Below, in pieces: positions 35,860 to 49,556 of a DNA stretch of 64,000 nucleotides. The notes beneath the pieces are model-generated. The model ran no database searches. It was not told the DNA's origin and worked only from the letters and a program-made list of their open reading frames with translations. A program made the translations under genes and the position numbers. The stretch lies in the NCBI RefSeq assembly GCF_018977255.1, contig NW_024704743.1, positions 66,776,001 to 66,840,000 of the forward strand, read 5' to 3'. This DNA is from Callorhinchus milii (taxonomy: Eukaryota). The stretch's first letter is position 1. Each line of letters begins with the position of its first letter.

Positions 35860-38800
35860 CCACTTAACAGTGTATCCCGTGAAGCTCTTTGAGATGTTTC
35901 AACGATGTGATAAAGTGCTTTATCAAATTGCGAGGATTGTTTATTATATCCAATTTTATTTGAGGGATTACTGCCCAGGACACCAGGAAAAACACAAGAA
36001 AATCTCCCTTTGCTTTTCAAATAGTTTCATGAGATCTTTAAAATCCATCAGAATAAGTCGACCAGATCTTGGTTTAATGTTTCATCCAAAGGACAACATC
36101 TGCAACAAAGTAGTACATCCCCAGCACTGTATTGGAGTGTGAGCCTATAATGTGAGTTCAAAGTCCTAAAGGGGGGCTTGAAGCCCCAACCTTCTGACTC
36201 AGAGGGAAGAGTGCTACCAACTGCACCAGGTTGACACTTAAAACAAAAAAGGATGGGAAAATGAATGATATGAGAAAATATTCAATGGAAAGAAAAAATG
36301 TTAAAAGAACAGGAACAGCCCAGACAAAATGTTTGACAATAATAGAAGAGAATAGGAGCACGATTATTTCTCCTCATTTCAAAACTGCCATCATTACCCA
36401 CTTCTCAACAAGGTCACCTTTGACCCATCTACCTTTTCAAACCATCTCTCTCTCTTCCCCTTTCTTATTAGGTACTAGAATCTGAAATTGCCATTTTTCT
36501 ATGTGCTTACCTCGATCCTCTAGCCCTGCTTTTCGATATGCCCACAACACCAATACCTTTGCCCTTGCATTCTGTCAGAAGGCAACCAAGGCTCACTATC
36601 CTTCTTCACCCTTTTTGACCTCTCTGTTGCATTTTACCATTGCCCTCCCCATTCTCCTTCATCAACCTTTCTCCATCATCCATCTCTGAGGGATTACAAT
36701 TTTATAATTCCACTCTACCTTTCCCAATGCTATCACTACATCTCTTCCAGTGTCATCCCGCATGATCATCTTATGCGTACCCAGCACTCTACAATACAAA
36801 ACAAATATATATAGCTCCTTTCATGCCAGGAGGATGTCCCAGGGCGCTTAACAATCCTCCAGTCTTGAAAGTTTCCTAACCTCATTTATACTCTGCTTCT
36901 TAATAATATCATATGTAAAGATGCAGTTAGCTTCCATATATATGCTATTAATACCCACCTTTACCGCTCCATCACTACCCTCAAATCCACGAGCCTCACT
37001 GTCGTGACTGACTGCCCGCCTAATATCAATAACTTTCTGCATCAACAAGATTGAAGGAATATTTTTTTTGTTCTCACCAGCCTCTGGCTCTGATTCTGTC
37101 AGGCTCTGGCTGTTTGCTCAGGCTGAACTAGTCAATGGTAAACTTTGATGTTTTGCTTGAACCTGAGCTGAGTTTGCACACCTCTGGAAAATTGTTTCCT
37201 TGTGTCATTATTTCAAACCCCACTGCTGGGGATTCTGGCAAATCTGTTTTTGATCCTTACACAAAGAGACGGTTTAATTAATTTTTGAACCTGAATAGAA
37301 AGGATGTTAACTGTACTGTCCTTCAGTGTACAAGACTACACAAATATTTAAACTGATTCCAGAGAATCACATCCACTTCCAGGCACAGTTCTGATTCTGT
37401 GTAGAAGCATGACCTAACTAAAATAATCCTAACTCACTTGTTCAATTCCTTGGTGGATATATCTTTTCATACAAGAGTGTATTCATTTTCATCTGGAATA
37501 AAAAACAATGTGTCTTTTGTCAACATATTTTAAAAGATAATCAGAATAGAAGAATTGATTGCATTATAATATTAATAATAATCCTTGCATTTGATGTGGA
37601 ACATTATCATGTCTTTGAGACGTCTCAAAGCACTTCAAAGGAGATGCTATAAAATTAATTGACTGTATATTCTGTGGACGAAGCACGGCAGCCAATTGCA
37701 CACAGCAGTGCACCACAATCAGTCGTGGATTGAATGACCAGATTGTTTTTTTCAATTTTATTATGTTTAAGAAAACCTAGCAATTTAGCATTATCCCAGT
37801 GTCTCGTCATTAAAATAATAATAATAATCCTTCCATGTGATATAGCACCTTTTATGTCAGGAGGACATTTCATTCTCTAGAAACAAATGAAGTTGACATT
37901 GCACTTGGCTCCCAGGGCGTTGTGTGAAGCACTTTGAGACGTCCTCCTGATGTGAAAGGCGCTATCTAAATAGAAATTAATGTTGATAATGTTAGTTTAA
38001 GTTTGGAATTCCTAAAGGTTATAATGCAACTCCTTCCTTTCCAATAATTAGAAGTTTCCATAATGTTTCCCTATAATTTGAATTCCTAACACCTGGTATC
38101 AAATTTGTTGCTCTACACTGAATCTATATCACCGAATGATATAATATGCTTTCTATAATATAGTGACCAGAACTGCTTGCAGTTGGGATGGGATCCAAAA
38201 AGTGCCTTACGGGTTTGTACCTTAATAGTATTAATGTTTTGACTTGTGCTCTAGCACTCTGGTGATGCAACCTAGTACTTTTTACATATTGTAGAATGCA
38301 CAACAAACACCCTTTCATAGTCAGTATGCTACATGAATTATTTTATGTATTTGCCATCTTATGCTATTTTATGCCATTTGCCATTTTTCTTGGAGATCCA
38401 AATTCTTCTTAGCCTGTGTGCATTGCCTCTCATTATCTAACCTGCCCCAGTAAACATGTTATCTGCTGCCAAACTTGAATAGCTTGTTTTCAATGCCTAC
38501 ATTTGAATTACATATATATTACAGGCCAAAATAATATCTATTTTTAACTTGAAAATCTTTCTTAAGTGTCTAATCCTAGCCTTTGTTTCCTGTTTTTTTC
38601 AATCCAGGAATCTAATCTGCTTTGCCTTCTATAATTCCAGTATTAATTATAGATGTGGAAAGTTGTCAGAAGCTGTTTGAATATATTTCTTTATCAAATA
38701 GTAGATGACAGCATATCTTGGGGGGGGGGAAATATGCCAGTCATCGTTTTGCAGTAGAAATAACCTGAAGCAAACCTATAGAAATATTTTTAGAACCATA

Positions 38801-40509
38801 GAAATTTGTAGGACAGAAGACAGCCTTCTGTGTTGTGCCACCAATTTACAAAAAGAAGATGCACAAGTCAAGCATTACTTGTTATGGCCAAAAGGTACAA
38901 TCCTGTAATGTTGGGTTTGATGTGGCCACATGTGATGACATGTGAAAAAGATGTTACGTTTACAGATTATGCAGACTTCTGAAACCGTACATCACACATG
39001 TGACTTTGACTTGTCCTAATCATATGTCAGCTAAGATGTAACGATTATTGGGCATGAATGAATTTTTGGAATGGATATACCTCTGATAAATATAAAATAT
39101 AGATATAAGTGGGAAGAATATGTATGTTTAAGAGGATGCACAGTGCAATGTATCAAATAATGAACCGTGTAACTGTGAACTAGAGACTGTAAAAGAATCA
39201 GTGTTTATACACCAGACAAGTACATGATTAAATATATATTCATAGTTGAAGAGGTATTTAATAAGTAATTATATATCCCAAAACCTTAGAAAATATTATT
39301 ATTATACTTTTCCAATTGATAACTATATGATAGAAAACCACTACAAAAATATAATTAATTGTGTTTTCTTCAACCAAAATATAACAGCAAATAACATTAA
39401 ACATTATATAACATTAAACAAACAATTATTTAAAGGTACCAGAAATTCAAAGAGTTGAATGCTAGACTCTGGGCCAGAAGACTTGAAAAGGAAAAAAGAC
39501 TAATGAGTAAGAGCAGGGGAGTGGGTTTAGTTGGATAGCTCTTTCAAAGAGCCGGCACAGGCACAATGGGTCGAATGGCCTCCTTCTGCGCTGTAAGATT
39601 CTATGATTCTATGAGATCAAGAGTTCAGGTTGCAAGGCTGCCCATCATTGAGATGTTCTTATTTTTACACAAGACCATTGAAAAGAGAAAATGTTTTGCC
39701 AAACTATCTAGATTTTATTGTAAGATACAGATTGCAGTTTAGACAGAAAATTGTATCTGATGAATTAAAGTTGTCAGTTATATGCAAAACCTACAAAACA
39801 TATCGATGTGTACAAGTTTGGTTATTTCCTTCCTTTTCTAGATAGAGTTCCAGAGAGCGAGGTAGAAAGTCTAAACATTCTTCCACTGATGGTAGGGCGA
39901 ATACGGCAAGGATACATGGAGCAGGCCATTGTTTGCTGAGCGGAAGGAGTGAGTGGAGCACATAGGTATGGATGGGGCAAGGCAGTGATTTAAATACAAG
40001 TGGATCTTTAATTTGATCCACTGTGGGGATGGGGAGCCAGTAGAGCCGAGTGAGGGTGGGGGTAATAGACTCATGGAGCCTGGTGCAAGAGAAGAGATGA
40101 GCTACATAGTTCTAGATGGTCTGGAGCTTGTGTAAGGAAGAGTTGAGAATGCCATTTGTCACTAAATCCTGTGCTTGGATCATAATTCATTTTAAAAAAA
40201 ACAAGCAAATTGAAAATCTATCTTGCAGAGTCCAGTCAATTATTTATTCTGCAATATAAACTGAAATAAATGATTGTGCAAACTATGTAACAAAAAAATG
40301 TGTTTTGCCCAAAAGTGTTTGAATTCCTGAAACATTTAGTTATCACTGAACAACATTGACATTTAAGGTACTGGATGCTAAATAAATAAATGGATAGCGT
40401 CTTTAATGTTTTCATAATCACCTATTTTGAAGATGAACACCAGGGAAAACTAATTTAAAAAAGAACTCTTGAACCAAGTAATTATATACAAGTCAGTCCA
40501 AATTGTACT

Positions 40510-40905
40510 AATAACAACAGTAGCAACAACAATTTGCATTTATATAGCACTCCTCACACAGAGTAATGTCCCAGTGCACTTGGCAGTGGCGGAGCATGAC
40601 ACCAAGCTGGGGGAGGTGACCATAGGCACAGTCGAAGAGGAACTTCTCCAGCCACGATCTGAAGATGGGGAAGAAAGGGGCAAGGCAGAGAGATAGAGGA
40701 AGAGTGTTCCAGAGTTTCAAGGGGTAATGGCTGAAAGTGCAGCCACTGATGGTGAATTGGAGGGCACAGGAGACATGTAGAAAGCCAGAGTCAGTCAAGT
40801 GGAGGCAGTGGGTAGTGGGTTGGGGGGTAAGCAGGTCAGAGAGGCAGGGAGGTGCCAGGGCATGAAGGAATTTCAAAACGAGTGTGAGGATCTTGAAATT
40901 GATCC
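40510..40905 (-). mobile_element. L2 LINE 3' fragment
   Basis: FLHALAPPCLSDLL...FSHYPLKLWNTLP peptide and family tail. Confidence 0.82.
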
Positions 40906-43900
40906 TTAGAGTATGTTAACTGTGTAATAATTATCTGTTTTGAGGGTGAATGCTGCAGCCAATTTGTACACATCAATGCCCCATAAGCCACCATGAGGTG
41001 AATGACTAATTTTATTGTGGGGATTGTTGGCTAGGATATCAGGAGAAACTTCCTTTTGTTTTTGCCTGGGTAAATACCTGGGGATGTTACCAGATCTTAT
41101 CCAAAGAGCACAGATCTATAACGAACAGTTAATGTGGATTTAGAAACGATTCATTAAGTTCATTGAGGGATATCCGCTTGATGAAATGTACTTTTCAGAA
41201 GGCATCTGATAAAGTACTACTATGTGATTTTTAAAGATGGTTAAAACTCCTGAAAATAATGGCAAATTAACTTTTTTTTATTTAAAACTGGATTGGTAAG
41301 ATTAAAAACTGGAAGCAGAGATGATGATAAATAAATTCAAGAAGACAGATTACTGATTAAGCAGTTTGGTCAAAGAGTAGCAGATGGATTTTAATATAAA
41401 CAAATGTAAGGTAACCCAGGCTAGAACATGGAACAGATACAGAATAAATAGATCCCTATTGGCAAAATTTGAGAGGAAAAAGATTGATAGTTGACCTTCT
41501 GGGCATAACAGAGTAACTACTATATGAAGAAATTTCCCCAGAAGAAAGAGTATTTAGAATTAATTCCAGAGTAGGTTAGCCTTGCTTGGTCTGTGGATGG
41601 AATGGATTTGATGACCAAGAGGTTTCATATCATTGCACGCTTTCTAATGTGTTTATAAAGGAGAAACAAGCTATCCTTGAATAAGGAACTAATGTTACAA
41701 TGTATACTCAGAAAATGTTTCCAGTAGTAGAGCTAGTCCTATTCTAGATAGCTGGAATTCTCTAACTTAATCTTTATTTGCCTGTCCAGAGCCATATAGA
41801 TCAATGTCACATTCATCCTACATCTGACCTCAAATGTAGCTGTAAAAAAAATATTTTTCCATCAATGACCATTGCCACAGGACTTCAGATTTATTAATGT
41901 TCTTCATTTTGATGAACTGAACATCAGCATCAATTATCATACATTTTTCACGTGTCATCTCTTCACTTCTGATCGCCATTAGAGGTCCCCTGAGCATTGC
42001 TGTTTAATGATGTCTTGCCGGCTTTGAAAATAGTAGCAGCGTACATTATCATAGTGAATGGCTGTATGGTTGAAATTAATGGCTGTATGCTCAAGGTTCA
42101 AACGTTATTTGTTTGAATCGTCTTTTCACAGTTTAAAGCACCATCAGAATCCCTCTGATGAATTGTAGCATTGTAATTCCCTGCACATCATCCACGGCTT
42201 CACATATCTTTACTCACTGGAGACGCCTGATGTGGAGACATGTGTAGTCTCCAGATTAAGCATCTGCACTGCACTGATATGCAGACTTGATTTCCAAATT
42301 TTTACTGTAGTCCTGATGCCAAAAAAGGTTGTCGTATCTATTTCTCCTCACTTGGGAGCTACACTGTGTCATTAAAAAGCAACATTGTACTCTGCTCTGA
42401 CGTTCCATTCAATAGATTTTTAAGTAAAATATATATTTATTGATAAATAAAGTATATAGTTGCAATTGCATCAAATTCTCGTGACAGAGGAGAAAAACAT
42501 GACACACACAATATCCCATGTCGTACGCCCATCAACCAACCATGGTGCATGGGGGATGTGGGGGTATGAGAGGGGCTAACTCTGCACACACCACCCAGGT
42601 GGAGGGATCAAGGAGCTTCCCCCCACCACCCGCTTCCTCTACCTTCACAGAACGCAGTTACTTAGTGGGTCTTGTCCCCTCTCTGATGTTCCCCCCTTTA
42701 TGGGTGGGGGTGTGGGGGAATACAGAGATATACAACATATTCAATGTGCACATAAAATCCAGTCGTAGGGCTGCACCCCACAACCTTGTGACCTCGAGGT
42801 GAAAGCGCTGCCTAATGAGACAGACTGTCACCTAAACTTCTCTTCACTACAAAATCTTAATTTTCAAATTTTAAACGGTGAAATTTAAGATGCCTTTACT
42901 TATATTTTTGTGGTTATCTAATAGTTTCTTTCTACTTCTCAAAGAAAATACAATTGTGGTTTTTGATTTTTACCCTACGTTCTGATATTAAAAGTTGTTC
43001 TTGGCACTGTCTTTCCAAACACACGTCAATTCAAATACCTTGAAAAATCTGTCATAACAGTGATATACATCACAGATCATTTTAACAACACAGAACGGTA
43101 ATGCTACATGCACAGTAAGTGTTGCATTATCTTTTTAAAATGGATGTAAAGTGGATTACCCTTAAGTATATTGACTATTGGCTGCCTTTCTTTTCCTTTT
43201 TGTTTGAAAGCCTTGAAATGCATTGACCCTTTTAGTGCTGTACATTTTTTAAAAATCGATCACTTCTCTAAGTTTCCGAATAACTAAGTATGCTGATTCT
43301 GTTGTATTGACTTGCAGGAGTCCCAGGCTCCATATTGATACTCTGGTGATACGTTTAAAATAACAAACATTACCTTGCTCCTTTGGTAAGTTTCTTACCA
43401 CAGTTTAAATAATCACATTACTCATCGCTGATCATAAATGGGCAAGATCTCCAAAAAGAAAAGAGGGTTGAAAACGTGTCATTTGTCAGTGTTGTCCGAG
43501 TCTTGGGAAACCTTTCAAAAGTTTCAAATTATAGACCACTCAAAGTCTGCTTGGTGACCCAGAGATGGATTGTATTCAATCAAAGGAAACTGAAGCAATA
43601 TTTTTTTCAAAGTCATTAATATCCTTTGATGGGAAGATTTACTTGATGGGGCCTGGTGTTGACCTCTTCCACAGCACTCCAGTGTTACATATTCCATTTC
43701 CTTAGAGTAATGTGCATCTTAAGCAGAATTCTCATGTGCTGTCACTCTTCTTGTTCACTGAGTAGGAAATTTCTATACTTTGGTTGACTGCTTTGTGTGT
43801 TATTTTTGTTCACGCTTGAAGAAAAAGGAGAGCTTCCCTTTTCCCAGAGGACATTCTAAACTTTCACACTGAGGCTTTGTTAGCTTTTGGAGGCTAAGTG

Positions 43901-44161
43901 TCTGTCCTGATGTCAATTGGTGCATATGTTACTCTGTTATCTTCCAGCTGTTTTTCTGTTTTATTAAAAAATAATAACTAATAATCTACAAATTACCTTG
44001 TTTTTTTCTTTGAGTGTTAAACAGTCAAAAAATGCACAAATAATGTTTGGCAAAGATTTTTCATTTATGTGAAACCATAAAATCAAGAATAGTCATTTGA
44101 GCTGTCAAATCTACTCAACCGTTATATCTACGGGCAACTCAATTTATCTCCATTTTGTCAC

Positions 44162-44254
44162 CTTTTCTCCATATTTCTTAATTTCCGCACTTGTCAAGTA
44201 TCTGTCCCTCTTTTTGAATTTCTCAATGGTCATCTGAAGCAGTCCATTTAATTT
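44162..44254 (-). other. Orphan exon-like segment (KLNGLLQMTIEKFKKRDRYLTSAEIKKYGEK), gene unknown
   Basis: Pyrimidine-rich acceptor TCTTCTTGTATGGTTCCTGCAG|, 93 nt with a single open frame, donor AAG|GTGACA. Confidence 0.3.
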
Positions 44255-46094
44255 CTGCAGGAACCATACAAGAAGATGACATAAATCACATAGATATAAG
44301 ATCGTCTCAAGAAGAGGGAAATAAGCGCTTAAGAGAACTACTTCACACATTAATTTGTTGGGATATAGATAGCCTGCTGAATAAGGTGTTTTGCCACCAA
44401 ATGTTCAGTCAGTTCACTTTACAGTATATGCTGTGAAGCACTTTGAAATGTCTTGAAGACGTGATAAGGCACTATATCAAATGCAAGGATTATTATTATT
44501 ATTATTAGTCCATTGTGAATTTCAAGAGGGGAGTAGCCAAGTAGATGAAAGATGGTTGATTCACATAGTGTAGATGCATTCATGAGAACGCTTGACTTTT
44601 GTCTGAGGGTGTGGGAGGGAGTAAGGAAAGGGTGAAGATGCTTGTGGAGTATAAACACCAGGACAGACTGTTTGGATCGAGTGACCTGTTTCCGTATTCT
44701 ATATTTTTTGTAAATCTTTGTATATTTAAGATTCTAGAGCATCAGATCAGTGTAATGTTTCTAGAGAACACAAAACGTGACCCTTGTAATAGTAATAATA
44801 ATAATCCTTCTTTTTAATATAGCACCTTATCATGTCATCAAAGAACTTCACAGGATTTACTGGAAAGTGTAGTGACTGTGTAATTTGTAGGAGGCCACGG
44901 GAGCCAATTTGCATGCAGCAGTGTATCAAAACAGCTAGGAGATCAATGACCAATCAATGATGCCTAATAATAATCCCTCCAAAAGCAAAAAAATAAATTG
45001 GTCATTTTCAATCCACGACTGTTTGTGGGACACTGCTGTGCGCAATTGGCTGCCGCGTTCGCCCACAAATATACAGTCAATTCACTTTATAGCATATTCT
45101 GTGAAGCGCTTTGAGACATCTAGAAGACGTGAAAAGCACTATATCAAATGCAAGGATTATTATTATTATTATTATTAATTCTTTATCTGGAGGATTGTTA
45201 TCCAGGACACCAGGAGAAAATCGCTTCTCTTTTCGAATAATGTCATGGGATCTTTAACATGCGTGAAGTAGTTTCTCTTTTAGGTCCCTAGTTGCTATCT
45301 CATATTTATGTCCTCTGGTCAAGAACTCCCCAAACCAGTGAAGAACTCTCCAAACAGCGGATTTGAGGAAATATTATAAAATAATTTTTAAAGATGTTCA
45401 TTCAATATAAATATTCCCTCTGATATTTATTCCTCCTTTCAGGATTTCCTGAGTTTTTCCCACATTTATGTTGCATTCTTCTTTATGATCCAGGTTTGAA
45501 CCACTCTCTCCTTGCCATTCCCTTTTCTGTTTTTCTCAGTAAACTGTGACCTCTGTTTCACCTCAACATGAGACCATCAGATTCAATGGTTTCAATCTGA
45601 ACAGTGAACGAGCTGTACCACCTTTCTCCTGGGTCAATCAATGCCTCTGCAATACCATACCTGTCAGTCAATGAAATTAGTGCACTGCCGTGTTATTTCT
45701 TTGGCTTCATTCATGCTGTTGAACTCTGTGAGTGTTTTCAGGGCTACAGCGAGCCAAAATTGTATCGAGAGTAAAAAAATGACTGACGGGCTAACTAAGT
45801 TGTTTGGAAGTATATTTACAGACCAGGAAGGCAGGGAGGTGCTGAAAGTAATAAATGTGAAGGAACAGCTGTTAGGTACAGATATCGGTGATGAAGTGGC
45901 TGACCAAGGTTAATGGAGTTTCATGTCATCAGGCCCAGATAGATGTCCTCTCGGAGTGCTAAGCGAGTTTAAAGGGATTTGTAGTTCTAGAGTCCTGAAA
46001 AAAAATCTTTCAAGAAATCTTAAAAAGAGGAAGGATACAAAAGGGATTGGAGAGTGATAACTGTTACACCATTGTTCAAAAAAGGAAAGGAGTT

Positions 46095-46850
46095 GAACAA
46101 CAACAACTTGTGTTTATACAGCGCCCTTCACACCGAGTAGAGTCCCAGAGCGCTTCACAGTGGTGGAGTCTGACCCTGAGCCAGGAGGAGAGGGGACGGG
46201 GAGGTGACCGTAAGCACAATCAAAAAAGAAAGCCTTTAGGTGGGATTTGAAAATGGGGAGGGAGGGGGCAAGGTGGAGAGATTGAGGGAGAGAGTTCTAG
46301 AGATTCGGGGCATAGTGACTGAAAGCATGGTCACCGAAGGTGAAGCGGAGGGGGCAAGGGATGAACAGGAGGCTGGAACCGGCTGAGCAGAGGCAGCGGA
46401 TCGGGGAGTGGGGGGTGAACAAGTTGGAAAGGTAGGGAGGTGTGAGGCTATGAAGGGATTTGAAAACGAGAGAGTGGATTTTGAAGTGGATCTGTTCGGT
46501 AATTGGTTGCCAGTGGAGCCTGACAAGGACTGGTGTGATGGGGTACAGGGTTTTGTGCGGGTGAGTATCTGGCCAGCGGAGTTCTGAATTAATTGAATTT
46601 TGTGTATGGTGGAACCGGCGGGGGGGCCAGCGAGGAGGAGATTTAAAAAGTCCAGCCGGGAAGTGACGTGGACGAGGGCTTTGGTTGATGTGGGTGTGAG
46701 GTACGGACGGAGGCGGGCAATGTGGCGGAGATGGGAAAAAGCTGTCCTGATCAGAGAACGGATGTAGCGAGATAGGAAAGCTGTGGATCAAACCTGATGC
46801 CCAGCTTGCACACGGGTTCAGTGAATCTGAGGAAGAGCCCGGGAACTATG
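46095..46850 (-). mobile_element. L2 LINE 3' fragment
   Basis: PITPVLVRLHWQPITEQIHFKIHSLVFKSLH...AFSHYAP; (CAA)n tail. Confidence 0.85.
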
Positions 46851-47072
46851 GAGGTAAATGTATTCGAGATGATAATTAATGTTGTGTGATAACTATCACC
46901 AGCATCAATTGTCCCAAGGGAACATTTACAATTGTTTGGTGTTTAACATTAAACAACCACTAGATGGCACCACACGCCTCCCAGAGCATGGTTTGTCCCA
47001 ATGGCTTCTCAGGATCACAAGATTGGTTTGGATGAAGAAAGACTTTTCAGACATTCTCTGGTGAAGGACAGA

Positions 47073-47420
47073 ATGGAGTCCTGTATCTTGGTGGTTAGAG
47101 CATTTGTCTTGCAAGCGAGAGGATCCCAGGGCAGGGCGAAACGTTGGGCAAGTTTCCTTACTCCACGTGCCTCTGTTTATCTAGCAGTATGTAGGAACCT
47201 GGTTATTAGTCGATTGGCGGATCGTTTTTCCTTAAAAAAATAATTCTGTCACTCAATCCACGACTGTTTGTGGGACACTGCTCAGTGCGCAATTGGCTAC
47301 TGTGTTTCGCCCACAAAATATAGTCAATTCCCTTTACAATACATTCTGTGAAGTGCTTTGAGAATTCTCAAAAACGTGATAAGGGGCTATATCAAATGCA
47401 AGGATTATTATTATTATTAT
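47073..47420 (+). mobile_element. SINE, longer subfamily with an extra internal segment (...TTAGTCGATTGGCGGATCG...)
   Basis: Same head and tail, plus a ~65-bp segment also seen in the headless copy at 24696-24975. Confidence 0.8.
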
Positions 47421-48650
47421 AGAATTTGTGCACTCCACTCTAGATTTCACTGGAAGCCAGTAAAACCCTACGTCCAAGAGAGATTTTGCCACCCAGTGGT
47501 CATTCAGTGTTGAATAGCGCTCTGACATGCTGCCCTGCACGATGGGTGCTATATAAATGTAGGTTATTTGTGAAAGGCGCTCTATAAATGGAATCTTGTT
47601 GTTGTTGTTATGTTGTTGTTGAACACCAATCATTCACAAATAGTGACCTGTGATAATTAGCCCCAACAATAGTTACCACAGCAATAATTACCACATTGAA
47701 GACTTATAAACTCATAGTTTTACCTGATCTCTGAAGATCTGCAATGGGTTATATTTTTAAAGTTTAAACTGTTTGGTTTCAGTCCCAATTCAAGTAAATC
47801 GTGAGGTTGGAAGGTTGTGATCAATCACATGGATGAGTAGACAATTGAGTCTGATTGTGTACATGACTGGAGTCGGCAGGTGGTGTAGATCATTGATATT
47901 TTTAGCACTCTTCCGATGAGTTCAGATGTCTCAAACTCACAGATGCAGTATTGATTTTAAAACAACATCAATGATGCACGACCATTCTTTCACATCATTC
48001 TCACTGCCAGCGACTTGTGAACAGAGACAGCTCATGACAAACGTTGGAGCTGAAGTTCTTACCAGGTTTGGTGAGACTTCACGTAATTCATCCTTCTCAG
48101 GTCAAGCCATTAAGCCATTGATGCACTTGGATACACCTATGACCTGTGATAGCCCTCGATGATTTCCTCAGGCTTCCAATGCTATCCGGCTACTCCAACC
48201 CAGAGCCCAAGGATCCAATGCTGTCCTGCCCCCCAGTTTCTCCCTCTCTCACCTGCACCAAGGACTCTCCCCACTCCTGAGGGAGGCAGTGGAAGAGTTC
48301 AGGAGAGAGAGAAGGCGAGGAGGGCGGTGGCAGAGAAGGCCAAAGATTGAGTAGCAGAGGGTGAGGAATTAAAATGGGGGCATTTTGAGGGGGTTTGGCT
48401 CAGATCGGGATCCGCAGCCAAAATGCACATGGGGAGACCTGGAGCGAGAGATCAGTGGGGGCATGTAGGGGGCTAGAGCGTTAGAGCAACAGGGTGAGAG
48501 AGAGGCGATGGCACTCATAGTCTTATTTATTACATTAGACAGAGTCACAGCCTAATAAATAAGGCTGAGAGAGAGAGAGAGAGAGAGAGATGTCAACATC
48601 TGCTCTCCTGCAGTTCAGACCTCCTCACCCTAACCGACCTCTCCCTAACA

Positions 48651-49556
48651 CTGAAAATAAAAACAGAAGTCGCTGGGAACACTCAGCGGGTCAGGCAGCA
48701 TCTATTGAGAAAGAAAAGTAAGTCAATGTTTCGGGTCCACGACCCTTCGTCAGAACGTTTCAGGTCATGACTTGAAGGTGGCAAGGGAGGGAGCGAGGCG
48801 AAGGGATTGTGGGATAGAGTTTCAAAGAGTGGGGGCAGAAAGGCTGAAAGCCCGGCCACTGATGGTAGGGCAGGTCGGGCGGGAGACATGGAGCAGGCTG
48901 GAGCCTGCTGAATAGAAGGAGTGGATAGCTTGATAGGGGGTCAGCAGGTCAGAGATGTACAACCGGACAATTGTACGAAAACCTGTAAGAAAACATCCTT
49001 CAGAAGTATATTTTCCAGTTTGTTTTACTTTGCTGCAGTGTCTGTTCTGTTTCTCTCTGAGCAGCCTTGGGGTGAGCAATATGACATGGCTGACCAGGCT
49101 GTCGACATCAGACCTGTTAGCTTGTGGCCGTAGCATTTGTGGTGTTATTTCCTGATTATTCAGAACTCTAAGGATCTCCAGATTTCAGCTGCTGATTCTC
49201 CTCAATTACACAATAATCAGATCATAATAATCTTTGCATTTGATATAGTGCTTTATCACATTGTTGAAATGTCTGAGTAGTTCACAGGGCTTTAGTAGTG
49301 ACCCTGTATTTCTAGGTGAAATGCAGCAGCCAATCTGTGCACAACAACCAGACATGAAGTGAGTAACCACAAAATATAGTCAAAACCACTTCACGGTGGT
49401 TTTGATTGTATTTTGAGCTATGACCAAGGCTCGTGAACCTGAAACATTGACTCACTTTCCTTTCTCCATAGATGCTGCCTGACCTGCTGAGTGTTCCCAG
49501 CGACTTCTATTTTTGTTTTCAGATTTCCAGCATCTGCAGTATTTTGCGTTTTGTTT
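48651..49556. mobile_element. Composite Penelope-like-derived element: inverted ~105-bp arms enclosing ~650 bp of captured host sequence
   Basis: 48651-48756 is the reverse complement of 49416-49522 (shared core CTGGGAACACTCAGC(A/G)GGTCAGGCAGCATCTAT). The interior matches 35111-35756. Confidence 0.75.
48722..48756 (-). ncRNA. Minimal type I hammerhead ribozyme-like motif (PLE-associated)
   Basis: Minus strand GUU-CUGACGA-A-GGGUC-GUG-GACCC-GAAA-CAUU-GAC: core boxes, perfect 5-bp stem II, short stem I (GUU/GAC). The loop-III ACAU is probably a CpG-decayed ACGU. Confidence 0.65.

Noticed and set aside
47725..47740. Possible 15-nt microexon (CATTGCAG|ATCTTCAGAGATCAG|GTAAAA, minus)
   Set aside because: Too short to distinguish from chance without transcript data.
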